Origin: Candidatus Limnocylindrales bacterium
GTDB lineage: Bacteria; Acidobacteriota; Terriglobia; Acidiferrales; UBA7541
DNA length: 64,000 nucleotides
NCBI GenBank assembly: GCA_035623175.1
Contig: DASPTY010000214.1
Coordinates: 28,908 to 92,907 of the forward strand
Direction: 5' to 3'
In this document: one piece after another, positions 48,268 through 55,941 of the stretch
How positions within the stretch are numbered: position 1 is the stretch's first letter
Layout of the letters: each line of letters opens with the position of its first letter
The notes under the pieces: generated by a model
What the model was told of the DNA's origin: nothing
The model's database searches: none
Seen by the model: the letters and a program-made list of their open reading frames with translations, nothing else
Made by a program: the position numbers and the translations under genes

Positions 48268-49464
48268 TTACCTGTCCACCTCTCCCAGGACGATATCAAT
48301 GGTGCCGATGCAGGCGACAGTATCGGCTATGAGCTGGCCCTCGATCATCTTCGGCAATGCCTGCAGATTGATGAACGACGGGGACCGGAAGTGGACACGC
48401 AATGGTTTCGGCGAGCCATCACTGGCAATAAAACAACCCAGCTCCCCGCGCGGCGACTCCACTGCAACAAATGCTTCTCCCGGCGGCGGAGAGAAACCTT
48501 CTGTGAAGATCTTGAAATGGTAAATCAGCGCCTCCATTTCGGTCTTCATTTTTTCCCGCTGCGGGGGAACGATGCCGGGCGCCTCGGCCTTGATAGGGCC
48601 GTCGTCGGTGATTTTGTCCATGGCCTGGCGGACAATCTTCAAGCTTTCGCGCATTTCCGCGACGCGCACAAGATACCGCGCATAGCAATCTGATTCTGTA
48701 CGGGTGGGCACGTTGAATTCGAATTCCTCGTAAGAGGAGTACGGAAAAACCTTGCGGTTGTCGTAGCCGACCCCCGAGGCGCGTAATCCTGGTCCGGTCG
48801 TGCTCATCGCCACGAGCGTTTCCGGGGAGAGATAGCCCACGCCCTTCAGGCGGCCCTGCCAGATGCGGTTTTCGGTGAGCAGGGCTTCGTATTCGTTGAT
48901 ACGGGCCGGCATCATGTCCAGGAACCGCTTCACCTGTGCGCGCCACCCGGCGGGAGGTTGGAGTGCCACGCCGCCAATACGGATGTAGCTGGTCATCATC
49001 CTCTGGCCGGAAAAACGCTCGAAAATCTTCAGGATTTCTTCGCGCTCTCGGAAGCAATACAGCAGGACGGACATGGCGCCCATGTCGATGGCGTGGGTGC
49101 CCAGCCAAACCAAGTGAGAGGAAATGCGCTGCAGCTCTACGAGCATCACGCGAATGTGCTGCGCGCGTTTCGGAACTTCCAATCCAAGGAGCTTCTCCAC
49201 CGCGAGGCAGTAGGCCAGGTTATTCCCAAGCGGATTCAAGTAATCCATGCGATCGGTGAGCGTGATCGCCTGCGAATAGGTCTTATCCTCGCAGCTCTTT
49301 TCAATGCCCGTATGCAGGTAGCCGATGTCTGGAACCGCGGTGACGACATTCTCGCCGTCCAACTCCAACAGGACCCGCAGCACGCCGTGCGTGGACGGGT
49401 GCTGTGGCCCCATGTTGAGGACCATCGTCTTCGTGGTGCCGACTGCCGTCTCAACCGTGGTCAT
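48268..49464 (-). CDS. nuoD: Complex I subunit D (operon 2)
   Basis: [34 protein letters not shown]. Confidence 0.97.
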   Translation of the reverse strand: MTTVETAVGTTKTMVLNMGPQHPSTHGVLRVLLELDGENVVTAVPDIGYLHTGIEKSCEDKTYSQAITLTDRMDYLNPLGNNLAYCLAVEKLLGLEVPKRAQHIRVMLVELQRISSHLVWLGTHAIDMGAMSVLLYCFREREEILKIFERFSGQRMMTSYIRIGGVALQPPAGWRAQVKRFLDMMPARINEYEALLTENRIWQGRLKGVGYLSPETLVAMSTTGPGLRASGVGYDNRKVFPYSSYEEFEFNVPTRTESDCYARYLVRVAEMRESLKIVRQAMDKITDDGPIKAEAPGIVPPQREKMKTEMEALIYHFKIFTEGFSPPPGEAFVAVESPRGELGCFIASDGSPKPLRVHFRSPSFINLQALPKMIEGQLIADTVACIGTIDIVLGEVDR

Positions 49465-49488
49465 AGTTCGCGGTCCGTAAGCCGGAAT

Positions 49489-49968
49489 CTAGCGCTTGCC
49501 CTCCGTCGGGAAATCCCGGCGTAGCGGGGCACCTTCAAACCCATCGGGCAGAAGGATGCGCCGCAAATCGGGGTGCCCTTCAAAACGAACGCCAAACAGG
49601 TCGAAGATTTCGCGCTCTAGCCAATTGGCGCCCGGCCAGACGGAGACGAGCGAATCAACCACCCCGTGCTGGGCGCTTACGCTGGTGCGCAGGCGGATGC
49701 GTTCGCGCCGGGGAATCGAGACCAACTGATAGTTGAGCTCGAAGCGCGGTTCCAGCGGGTAACGGTCGACGCAGGTGGCGTCGCTCAAGAGATTGAAGTT
49801 GAGTGCCGGATTGTCCTTGCACTGCTGCGCAGTGGCAACCAGCAACTCGCGCGGAACAACAATCGTGGTCTCCCCCCGATACTCAACGACTTGGGCGACC
49901 GCCTGGGGGTTCCAGGCACAAAGCTGTTCGACTACAGCATTAGCGTTGGCAGTGTCGAGCGGCGTCAC
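49489..49968 (-). CDS. nuoC: Complex I subunit C (operon 2)
   Basis: [33 protein letters not shown]. Confidence 0.95.
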   Translation of the reverse strand: MTPLDTANANAVVEQLCAWNPQAVAQVVEYRGETTIVVPRELLVATAQQCKDNPALNFNLLSDATCVDRYPLEPRFELNYQLVSIPRRERIRLRTSVSAQHGVVDSLVSVWPGANWLEREIFDLFGVRFEGHPDLRRILLPDGFEGAPLRRDFPTEGKR

Positions 49969-50000
49969 GAAATCGAGATCCTCAAGGGCTTAGGCCGGCT

Positions 50001-50399
50001 TTACTTCTGCGATTTATGCCAGTCGAGCGCGCCCTTCTTCCAAAGATAGATGTATCCGACCAACAGGATGGCCACATAGAACATCATCTCTATGAAGCCG
50101 AACCATTTTGTTTCTATGTTTCGAGCCAAGTCCTTGAAAATGTATGCCCAGGGGTACAGGAAGATGGCTTCGACGTCGAACAGGATGAAAACCATGGCCA
50201 CAAGGTAGAACTTTACCGAAAAGGGCTCGCGGGCATCGCCCGTAGGGGTTATGCCGCACTCGTACGGTTGCTGTTTTGACTTGTTTGGCCGCCGCCAACC
50301 GATGAAGGAGGAGATCAGGAGGAGGGCACCTGCAAGAAAAGCCACGACAATGCCGTGTATCAGTAAGGGAACGTACGCTTGAAGGCCGGAGGGGGTCAT
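50001..50399 (-). CDS. nuoA: Complex I subunit A (operon 2)
   Basis: PYECG, FYLVAMVFILFDVEAIFLYPWA, KKGALDW; start trimmed to ATG 50399. Confidence 0.96.
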   Translation of the reverse strand: MTPSGLQAYVPLLIHGIVVAFLAGALLLISSFIGWRRPNKSKQQPYECGITPTGDAREPFSVKFYLVAMVFILFDVEAIFLYPWAYIFKDLARNIETKWFGFIEMMFYVAILLVGYIYLWKKGALDWHKSQK

Positions 50400-50411
50400 G
50401 GTCAAAGGGTT

Positions 50412-50441
50412 ATAATAACGAGTGAGACGCCACCCGGTCAA
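50412..50441 (-). promoter_or_regulatory. Putative sigma70 promoter of nuo operon 2
   Basis: Minus-strand TTGACC-N18-TATTAT ending 12 nt before the nuoA ATG; overlaps a plus-strand TATAAT (50411-50416). Confidence 0.6.
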
Positions 50442-50526
50442 CGTGCCGGATCACGAGTCCCGCCGGATCAGCGCGAAGGAAGTCTCAGACACAAGCAGTA
50501 GTTCGACCGGAAGCGGGTAGACGGCA

Positions 50527-51174
50527 ATGGTCTTCGGCCACAACACCAACCTCAAGTTTGGCAACGTTACCTTTCACATTCAAACTGAGGACACTGGGGA
50601 AACTCACGCACTGATCGATACGATTGTTTATTACCAGGGCCGTGTCATGCACCGCCGAACGAATAACTACTTCGACTTGCTGCCCTTGAACGAGGACCGC
50701 GAGCAAGCATTGAAGCTCCGTCTTGATGAACAACATCACAGAGTAATCGACGAGATTCGCTCGGGAGAGTTGCAATTGCCAATTCCCTCCGTGGCCGCGA
50801 AAGCGCTGACTGCCGGAACTGCGGAGTCCCGACAGGTGCCGCCAGAGGCCGCAAGTGAGCAGCCTAAGCTCGTGCTGGAGCTGGTCAACCCGAAATCGTG
50901 GCTGAGCGGGCGCCAGGCGAAATTGCGGGTGGCCGTGCGCGAAAATGGCGCAGTTCCAGTTAAGGGTGCGCTCGTCAGGGTGGAAATTGAGGGTGGTGAG
51001 AGCGGAATGGGCTATGTTGGGGAGACCGGCAATGACGGGCAAGTGGAGATCCAGTTTGAAATGCCACGAATCACCAGCCCGGAGGCGGCGCTGATGATTC
51101 AAGCGGAGGATCACGGAGTGCAAGGGCATCTACGCTTTGCATTGCGCGCCAAGCCCCGCGTGCCTTCCGTGTGA
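50527..51174 (+). CDS. Hypothetical protein (N-terminal HIQTED domain, possible C-terminal beta-sandwich)
   Basis: 215-aa ORF with coding-like codon use, 9 nt before thiS; no function recognised. Confidence 0.75.
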   Translation: MVFGHNTNLKFGNVTFHIQTEDTGETHALIDTIVYYQGRVMHRRTNNYFDLLPLNEDREQALKLRLDEQHHRVIDEIRSGELQLPIPSVAAKALTAGTAESRQVPPEAASEQPKLVLELVNPKSWLSGRQAKLRVAVRENGAVPVKGALVRVEIEGGESGMGYVGETGNDGQVEIQFEMPRITSPEAALMIQAEDHGVQGHLRFALRAKPRVPSV

Positions 51175-51183
51175 AGGGCGTTC

Positions 51184-51396
51184 ATGGAGAAGGGAATCAC
51201 AATTCAGGTAAATGGAGAGCGCAAGAAAGCGGCTGCCGGCACGACGGTGGCTGGATTGCTGGCGCAACTCGGCTTGAATGCCGGGCGCGTGGCGGTTGAG
51301 CACAATCTCCAGATCCTGCCGAAGAATAGATGGGAAGAGACTGCAATCGCTGAGGGAGACAGGTTCGAGATTGTGCAGTTTGTCGGAGGAGGATGA
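51184..51396 (+). CDS. thiS: Sulfur carrier protein
   Basis: I.VNGE, VAVE.N..I.P...W, EGD..EIV.FVGGG with C-terminal Gly-Gly. Confidence 0.92.
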   Translation: MEKGITIQVNGERKKAAAGTTVAGLLAQLGLNAGRVAVEHNLQILPKNRWEETAIAEGDRFEIVQFVGGG

Positions 51397-51530
51397 ACGA
51401 CACAGGAACCAGAGAATCAACGGTGCAAGGACAAAAAGAGGTAGCTAGGTAGGGAAGCCCGGAGGTAGAAGATTCGTTCAATTTACATCAATGCACCGGG
51501 TTTTCTTTTTGCTTCATTACTTCTTCTCTA

Positions 51531-52169
51531 TTAGAGACCTTCGATCAGGTGCCCCATCTTGCGCTTTTTTGTTTGCAGATAAGCCCGCGACGTCTTGGAG
51601 ATGCGCGGTAGACAAGGAACTCGTTCGACAACATGCACGCCGGCGGATTCCAACTGTTGGACCTTGTCGGGATTGTTCGAGAGCAGGCGGATTCGGGTGG
51701 CGCCCAGTTTTTTCAGGATTTTTGCGGGGAACTCGTACTCGCGCGCATCGGCAGCGAACCCCAGCGATTCATTGGCCTCCACCGTGTCCATGCCCCCATC
51801 CTGTAGCTCGTAAGCGCGGAGCTTGTTCATCAAACCAATTCCGCGTCCTTCCTGTGGCAGGTAGAGCAGAACTCCCGACGGCGCGCGCCCGATCTTCTCT
51901 AACGAGAGCTCAAGCTGCGCCCGGCAGTCACAGCGAAGGGAAGTGAGGACGTCCCCCGTCAGACACTGTGAATGCACGCGGACCAGGGGGGCGATTCGCC
52001 CATGCAAATTCCCTCGCACGAGCGCAACAGCTTCTTCATGGGGCCCGCCCCCCTCGAATCCGTAAATGGTGAAGCGCCCATAACGTGTGGGTAGGGCAGC
52101 TCGGGCGATGAGCCGAGGATTGCCACGAGAATTTCGCCTTATGTTCTTGAAGGAAGTTTTCCGCGCCAT
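51531..52169 (-). CDS. ribA: GTP cyclohydrolase II
   Basis: VRVHSQCLTGD..SLRCDC, QEGRGIGLMNK.RAY, LLSNNPDK, YL.TK..KMGH. Confidence 0.96.
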   Translation of the reverse strand: MARKTSFKNIRRNSRGNPRLIARAALPTRYGRFTIYGFEGGGPHEEAVALVRGNLHGRIAPLVRVHSQCLTGDVLTSLRCDCRAQLELSLEKIGRAPSGVLLYLPQEGRGIGLMNKLRAYELQDGGMDTVEANESLGFAADAREYEFPAKILKKLGATRIRLLSNNPDKVQQLESAGVHVVERVPCLPRISKTSRAYLQTKKRKMGHLIEGL

Positions 52170-52180
52170 GGCTGATTTTC

Positions 52181-52189
52181 AGTATAGCA
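52181..52189 (-). promoter_or_regulatory. Extended -10 element of ribA (TGCTATACT)
   Basis: TG-n-TATACT ending 11 nt before the ribA ATG. Confidence 0.55.
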
Positions 52190-52303
52190 GGCAGAGGAAT
52201 TCCGCAATGTGACGGTGCTGTCGAATCCAGGTGCAGGCAGCGCGAGGATTTCTTTACAATAGTGCCGGGTCTGGCTGGCGCAGGCAAATCACGCGCAACA
52301 AAC

Positions 52304-53629
52304 ATGGATACGACGCTTAGAATCCAGGAACTGCTGTTCACGCTACTTCTGAAGGTGGGCGTGGCGTCGTCCATCGCCGCACTCCTCGCACGGTGGAACA
52401 CCTTCCGCCGGGTGCTCTTCACCGAGGAGCGCGATGCAGATCAGAAGCTGAAACTCATGCTATTCCTGGTACCGCCACTGATCGTCGGCGTGCTTTTGCG
52501 CTTGCTGAGCCCCGCGTACCGATTCGCCGATTTGTCGCTTGAGGGTGCGTTCATGATGGGGCTTCTCGGCGGCCGCGTGGTGGGCCCGATTGGCGGGGCG
52601 ATTATCACGGTTCCAGCGCTAATGGCACACGAGTGGCTGGCGATGCCCGTAGCGTCTGCAGCGGGATTGCTGGGTGGGCTCATCCGGCAATTGATACCGG
52701 ACAAGGAAGACTTGTGGAATTTCGGACCGTTCACTTTCTTGAACATTCCGAAAGCCATCATGCGCATGGCGAGCAGGGCGGAGATTATGTGGGAAATGCT
52801 GCCGCTGATGACCTGCGTCGGGTTGGAGGTTGGTCGTGTTGCGCTGGTGATCGCGACCAAACCGAAGTGGCTCTTCACGATCGATCCGCACTGGAATTGG
52901 CGTTTGTGCCTGGTGGTGCTGGGGACATTGATGTCGGTCGCGGCTCCTCTCAAAATCTGGAACAACACGCGCATCGAAATGAACCTGGAGCGGCACCAGC
53001 AACTGCTGCTGCGCGCGCGCATGGATGCGCTCTCTAGCCAGATCAATCCGCACTTTCTCTTCAATACGCTGAACACGGTAACAGCGCTCATCCGCGTGGA
53101 TCCGGATACAGCGCGCGACGTCGTGCTGAAGTTAAGCAACATCTTGAGACGCCTGTTGCGCAAGCATGAGACCTTTATAACCTTGCGTGAGGAACTCTCC
53201 TTCATTGACGACTACTTGGATATCGAAGTGGCGCGGTTCGGGGAAGACAAACTCGATATTGTCAAGGAGATTGACGACAACACTCTCGAGACTTTTATTC
53301 CCAGCATGCTCCTGCAACCAATCGTCGAGAACAGCCTGAAACACGGCCTTGCACCGAAACTCGAGGGCGGCCGGATTTGCCTGCGGACCTCCAATTGCGA
53401 CGGGCGGCTGCACATCGAAATCGAAGATAACGGACTGGGCATTTCGGAGGAAAAGTTGCCCCACGTATACGTGGAAGGAATCGGGCTGAGCAACGTGCGA
53501 GAGCGGCTTAGGGTGCTGTATGGAGCGGATTTCAATTTGGACATTGAAAGCCGCGAAGGGCAGGGAACTACCATCAAGATTGATGTGCCGGAACTCGTGC
53601 CGGCGATACCGGAAGTCAGCCTATTTTAG
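52304..53629 (+). CDS. LytS/YehU-type membrane sensor histidine kinase
   Basis: Multi-TM N-terminus, ALSSQINPHFLFNTLN, LQPIVENSLKHG, EDNGLG, GIGLSNV..RL. Confidence 0.92.
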   Translation: MDTTLRIQELLFTLLLKVGVASSIAALLARWNTFRRVLFTEERDADQKLKLMLFLVPPLIVGVLLRLLSPAYRFADLSLEGAFMMGLLGGRVVGPIGGAIITVPALMAHEWLAMPVASAAGLLGGLIRQLIPDKEDLWNFGPFTFLNIPKAIMRMASRAEIMWEMLPLMTCVGLEVGRVALVIATKPKWLFTIDPHWNWRLCLVVLGTLMSVAAPLKIWNNTRIEMNLERHQQLLLRARMDALSSQINPHFLFNTLNTVTALIRVDPDTARDVVLKLSNILRRLLRKHETFITLREELSFIDDYLDIEVARFGEDKLDIVKEIDDNTLETFIPSMLLQPIVENSLKHGLAPKLEGGRICLRTSNCDGRLHIEIEDNGLGISEEKLPHVYVEGIGLSNVRERLRVLYGADFNLDIESREGQGTTIKIDVPELVPAIPEVSLF

Positions 53630-53706
53630 GAATTGGGAATAGGTAAGAAGCAAAAAAGCAAGGAACCGGCGGATATCCCAAGCAATAAAGGCGCAAAAGA
53701 AAAGTC

Positions 53707-53735
53707 TTGACAAGCGCGCGTTTATTCAGTATAGT
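53707..53735 (+). promoter_or_regulatory. Near-consensus sigma70 promoter
   Basis: TTGACA-N17-TATAGT. Confidence 0.85.
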
Positions 53736-53749
53736 CTGTCTATACTGAA
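53725..53749. promoter_or_regulatory. Operator-like inverted repeat over the -10 and start site
   Basis: TTCAGTATAG-tctgt-CTATACTGAA, perfect 10-bp arms, immediately before ATG 53750. Confidence 0.8.
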
Positions 53750-54790
53750 ATGAACGCAACTACAGTAGCTACGGCAGAGAGAGGCGGACAGGCCACCAAC
53801 CGCCCTGCTGAAACCCTCCGCATCGTTATCCCGGGTGGGGAAGGACATCTCGGCAGACTGCTTTCCCGGCACCTCAACGGCTTGGGCCACGACGTGACAA
53901 CTCTGACTCGCGATCCTCATGGCGACGGTGACGCGGCGTGGAACCGCGTGGGTTGGGACGGCCAGAACCTGGGCGAGTGGGTTGGTGCGTTGTCAGGCGC
54001 GGACGTTCTGATCAACCTGGTCGGGCGGAGCGTGGATTGCCGCTACAATGCCAGGAACCGGCGGCAAATCTTGCAATCGCGACTGCAATCGACCGCACTT
54101 CTGGGGCAAGCCATCCGAGGTCTGGGGCGACCTCCGCGTCTCTGGTTGAACGCCAGTACGGCGACCGTCTACAGGCACTCCCTCGATCGGGGCATGGACG
54201 AATTCACTGGCGAGCTTGGAGGCAACGAGCCGGATGCGCCTGTTTCTTGGGCGTTCAGTGTCGAAGTGGCAAAGGAATGGGAGAAGGCTTTTTTCGGTGT
54301 TCCGACGCCACGCACACGGAAAGTTGCCATGCGCGCGGCCATGGTGATGAGTCTGGAGCCGGACGGCATCTTTGAGGTGCTTTTGCGGCTGACGCGCATG
54401 GGGCTCGGCGGCATGTGGGGTTCCGGGCGCCAGTACATGTCTTGGATTCACGAAGTGGATTTCTGCCGGAGCGTGGAATTCCTGATCGAACACGAAGGAA
54501 TATTGGGCGCGGTGAATCTGGCGGGGCCGAGTCCTGTCACAAATGACGAGTTCCTGTTCGTGTTGCGCGATGCCTGGGGAATCGATTACGGTCTGCCACT
54601 GCGAGAGTGGATGTTGAGCGTCGGAGCGTTATTGCTTCGCACTGAAACGGAACTTTTGTTCAAGAGCAGGCGGGCTTTTCCTGGAGTCTTGCTGCGGCAA
54701 GGATTTGAGTTTTCGTTTCCCGAATGGCCGCAAGCGGCATTGGATTTGGTGGAACGATGGAGAGCGAAGTACTTGGGAGGGGACGATTGA
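53750..54790 (+). CDS. TIGR01777/DUF1731-type NAD-dependent epimerase family protein
   Basis: GGEGHLG, INLVGRSVDCRY, WLNASTAT, SGRQYMSWIH, TETEL.FKSR..P..L...GF.F. Confidence 0.88.
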   Translation: MNATTVATAERGGQATNRPAETLRIVIPGGEGHLGRLLSRHLNGLGHDVTTLTRDPHGDGDAAWNRVGWDGQNLGEWVGALSGADVLINLVGRSVDCRYNARNRRQILQSRLQSTALLGQAIRGLGRPPRLWLNASTATVYRHSLDRGMDEFTGELGGNEPDAPVSWAFSVEVAKEWEKAFFGVPTPRTRKVAMRAAMVMSLEPDGIFEVLLRLTRMGLGGMWGSGRQYMSWIHEVDFCRSVEFLIEHEGILGAVNLAGPSPVTNDEFLFVLRDAWGIDYGLPLREWMLSVGALLLRTETELLFKSRRAFPGVLLRQGFEFSFPEWPQAALDLVERWRAKYLGGDD

Positions 54791-54798
54791 GCGAAGAA

Positions 54799-55359
54799 AT
54801 GAAATCACCACAAACGGGGCTGACTCCGGTAGCACAGAAGTTCATTCTGCACTGGGGCGAAATGGGCACGAGGTGGGGCATCAACCGAACCGTGGCGCAG
54901 GTCCACGCACTGCTGTTTCTTTCGCCCAAGCCTGTGCCGGCGGATGGAATTTCCGAAACGCTGGCAGTGGCGCGGTCGAATGTCAGCACGAGCTTGCGCG
55001 AGTTGCAAGCCTGGGGCATCGTGCGCGTTGTGCATGTGCTGGGGGACCGGCGAGACCATTTCGAAACGACTAAGGACGTGTGGGAAATTTTTCGGACCGT
55101 TTCCGAGGAGCGCAAGCGGCGGGAAATAGACCCCACGCTTCGCGTGCTGGGCGAATGCGTGCAGGAGTTGAAGGCGAGCACGCAAGGTGACGCGTACACG
55201 CGGGAACGGCTCGAGAGCATGTTGGAGTTTTTGGCCACGATGACCGGCCTTTTTGAGGAGATTCTGCGAATGCCGGTGGGCGCGTTGAAAGGGGTCAGCA
55301 AGTTGCGTGGCAAGGTGATCACATTGCTTGGGAGCGAGAAAAAAGTCGCCAACCGTTAG
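54799..55359 (+). CDS. GbsR/MarR-family transcriptional regulator
   Basis: FILHWGEMGTRWGINRTVAQVHALL, ARSNVSTSLRELQAWG, GDRRDHF, ERKRREIDP. Confidence 0.9.
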   Translation: MKSPQTGLTPVAQKFILHWGEMGTRWGINRTVAQVHALLFLSPKPVPADGISETLAVARSNVSTSLRELQAWGIVRVVHVLGDRRDHFETTKDVWEIFRTVSEERKRREIDPTLRVLGECVQELKASTQGDAYTRERLESMLEFLATMTGLFEEILRMPVGALKGVSKLRGKVITLLGSEKKVANR

Positions 55360-55479
55360 GTGTGACTGTAAGCAAACAGCTGTTGGTCTTTTGGCAGTGA
55401 CTCATTCGGGTTGCTCCCCGGTAACAGCTAGTGGCTGATGGCTGAAAACAGAATTTCGCAGGGAAGATGAGGTACCAGC

Positions 55480-55896
55480 ATGATTTCGCTGGCGAGCGAA
55501 TACACAGACGGGAAGGGAAGGCACGCACGAGGCTGGCTTTTCTTTGACGCCGATTGCGGGTTCTGCACGCGATTTGCGCGTCGGGTCGCTCCAATCCTGA
55601 AACGCCGCGGGCTGGCGGTTGCTCCGCTGCAGGATCCGCGGGTCGGCGCGTTGCTGGCCATGAGTCGAGAGGAGCTGTTGCGCGAACTCCGGTTTCTGCT
55701 GTCAGATGGCGCGCAGTATGGCGGGGCAGACGCGGTGATTGCTGTGGCACACGAAATTTGGTGGGCGCGTCCTCTGGTGTGGTTCGCGATGATTCCGAAA
55801 ATGAAAGACGTGCTCCACACAGGTTATGGCTGGATTGCTGGGCAAAGGAGCTGCGCAGCGGTGAGCCGAGCGGAGCCCGAAGTTTCTCGCAGGTAG
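55480..55896 (+). CDS. DCC1-like thiol-disulfide oxidoreductase (DUF393)
   Basis: FFDADCGFC (DxxCxxC), APLQ, GADA, Y.WIA..R. Confidence 0.85.
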   Translation: MISLASEYTDGKGRHARGWLFFDADCGFCTRFARRVAPILKRRGLAVAPLQDPRVGALLAMSREELLRELRFLLSDGAQYGGADAVIAVAHEIWWARPLVWFAMIPKMKDVLHTGYGWIAGQRSCAAVSRAEPEVSRR

Positions 55897-55941
55897 TGGA
55901 AACTACTGCAAGTCCGAAGAGAAAGGCACGGGTGTGCAAAC

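Noticed and set aside
52177-52187. 11-bp match between the ribA promoter and one arm of the 53725-53749 operator
   Set aside because: Only a half-site, and largely explained by the TATACT -10 hexamer
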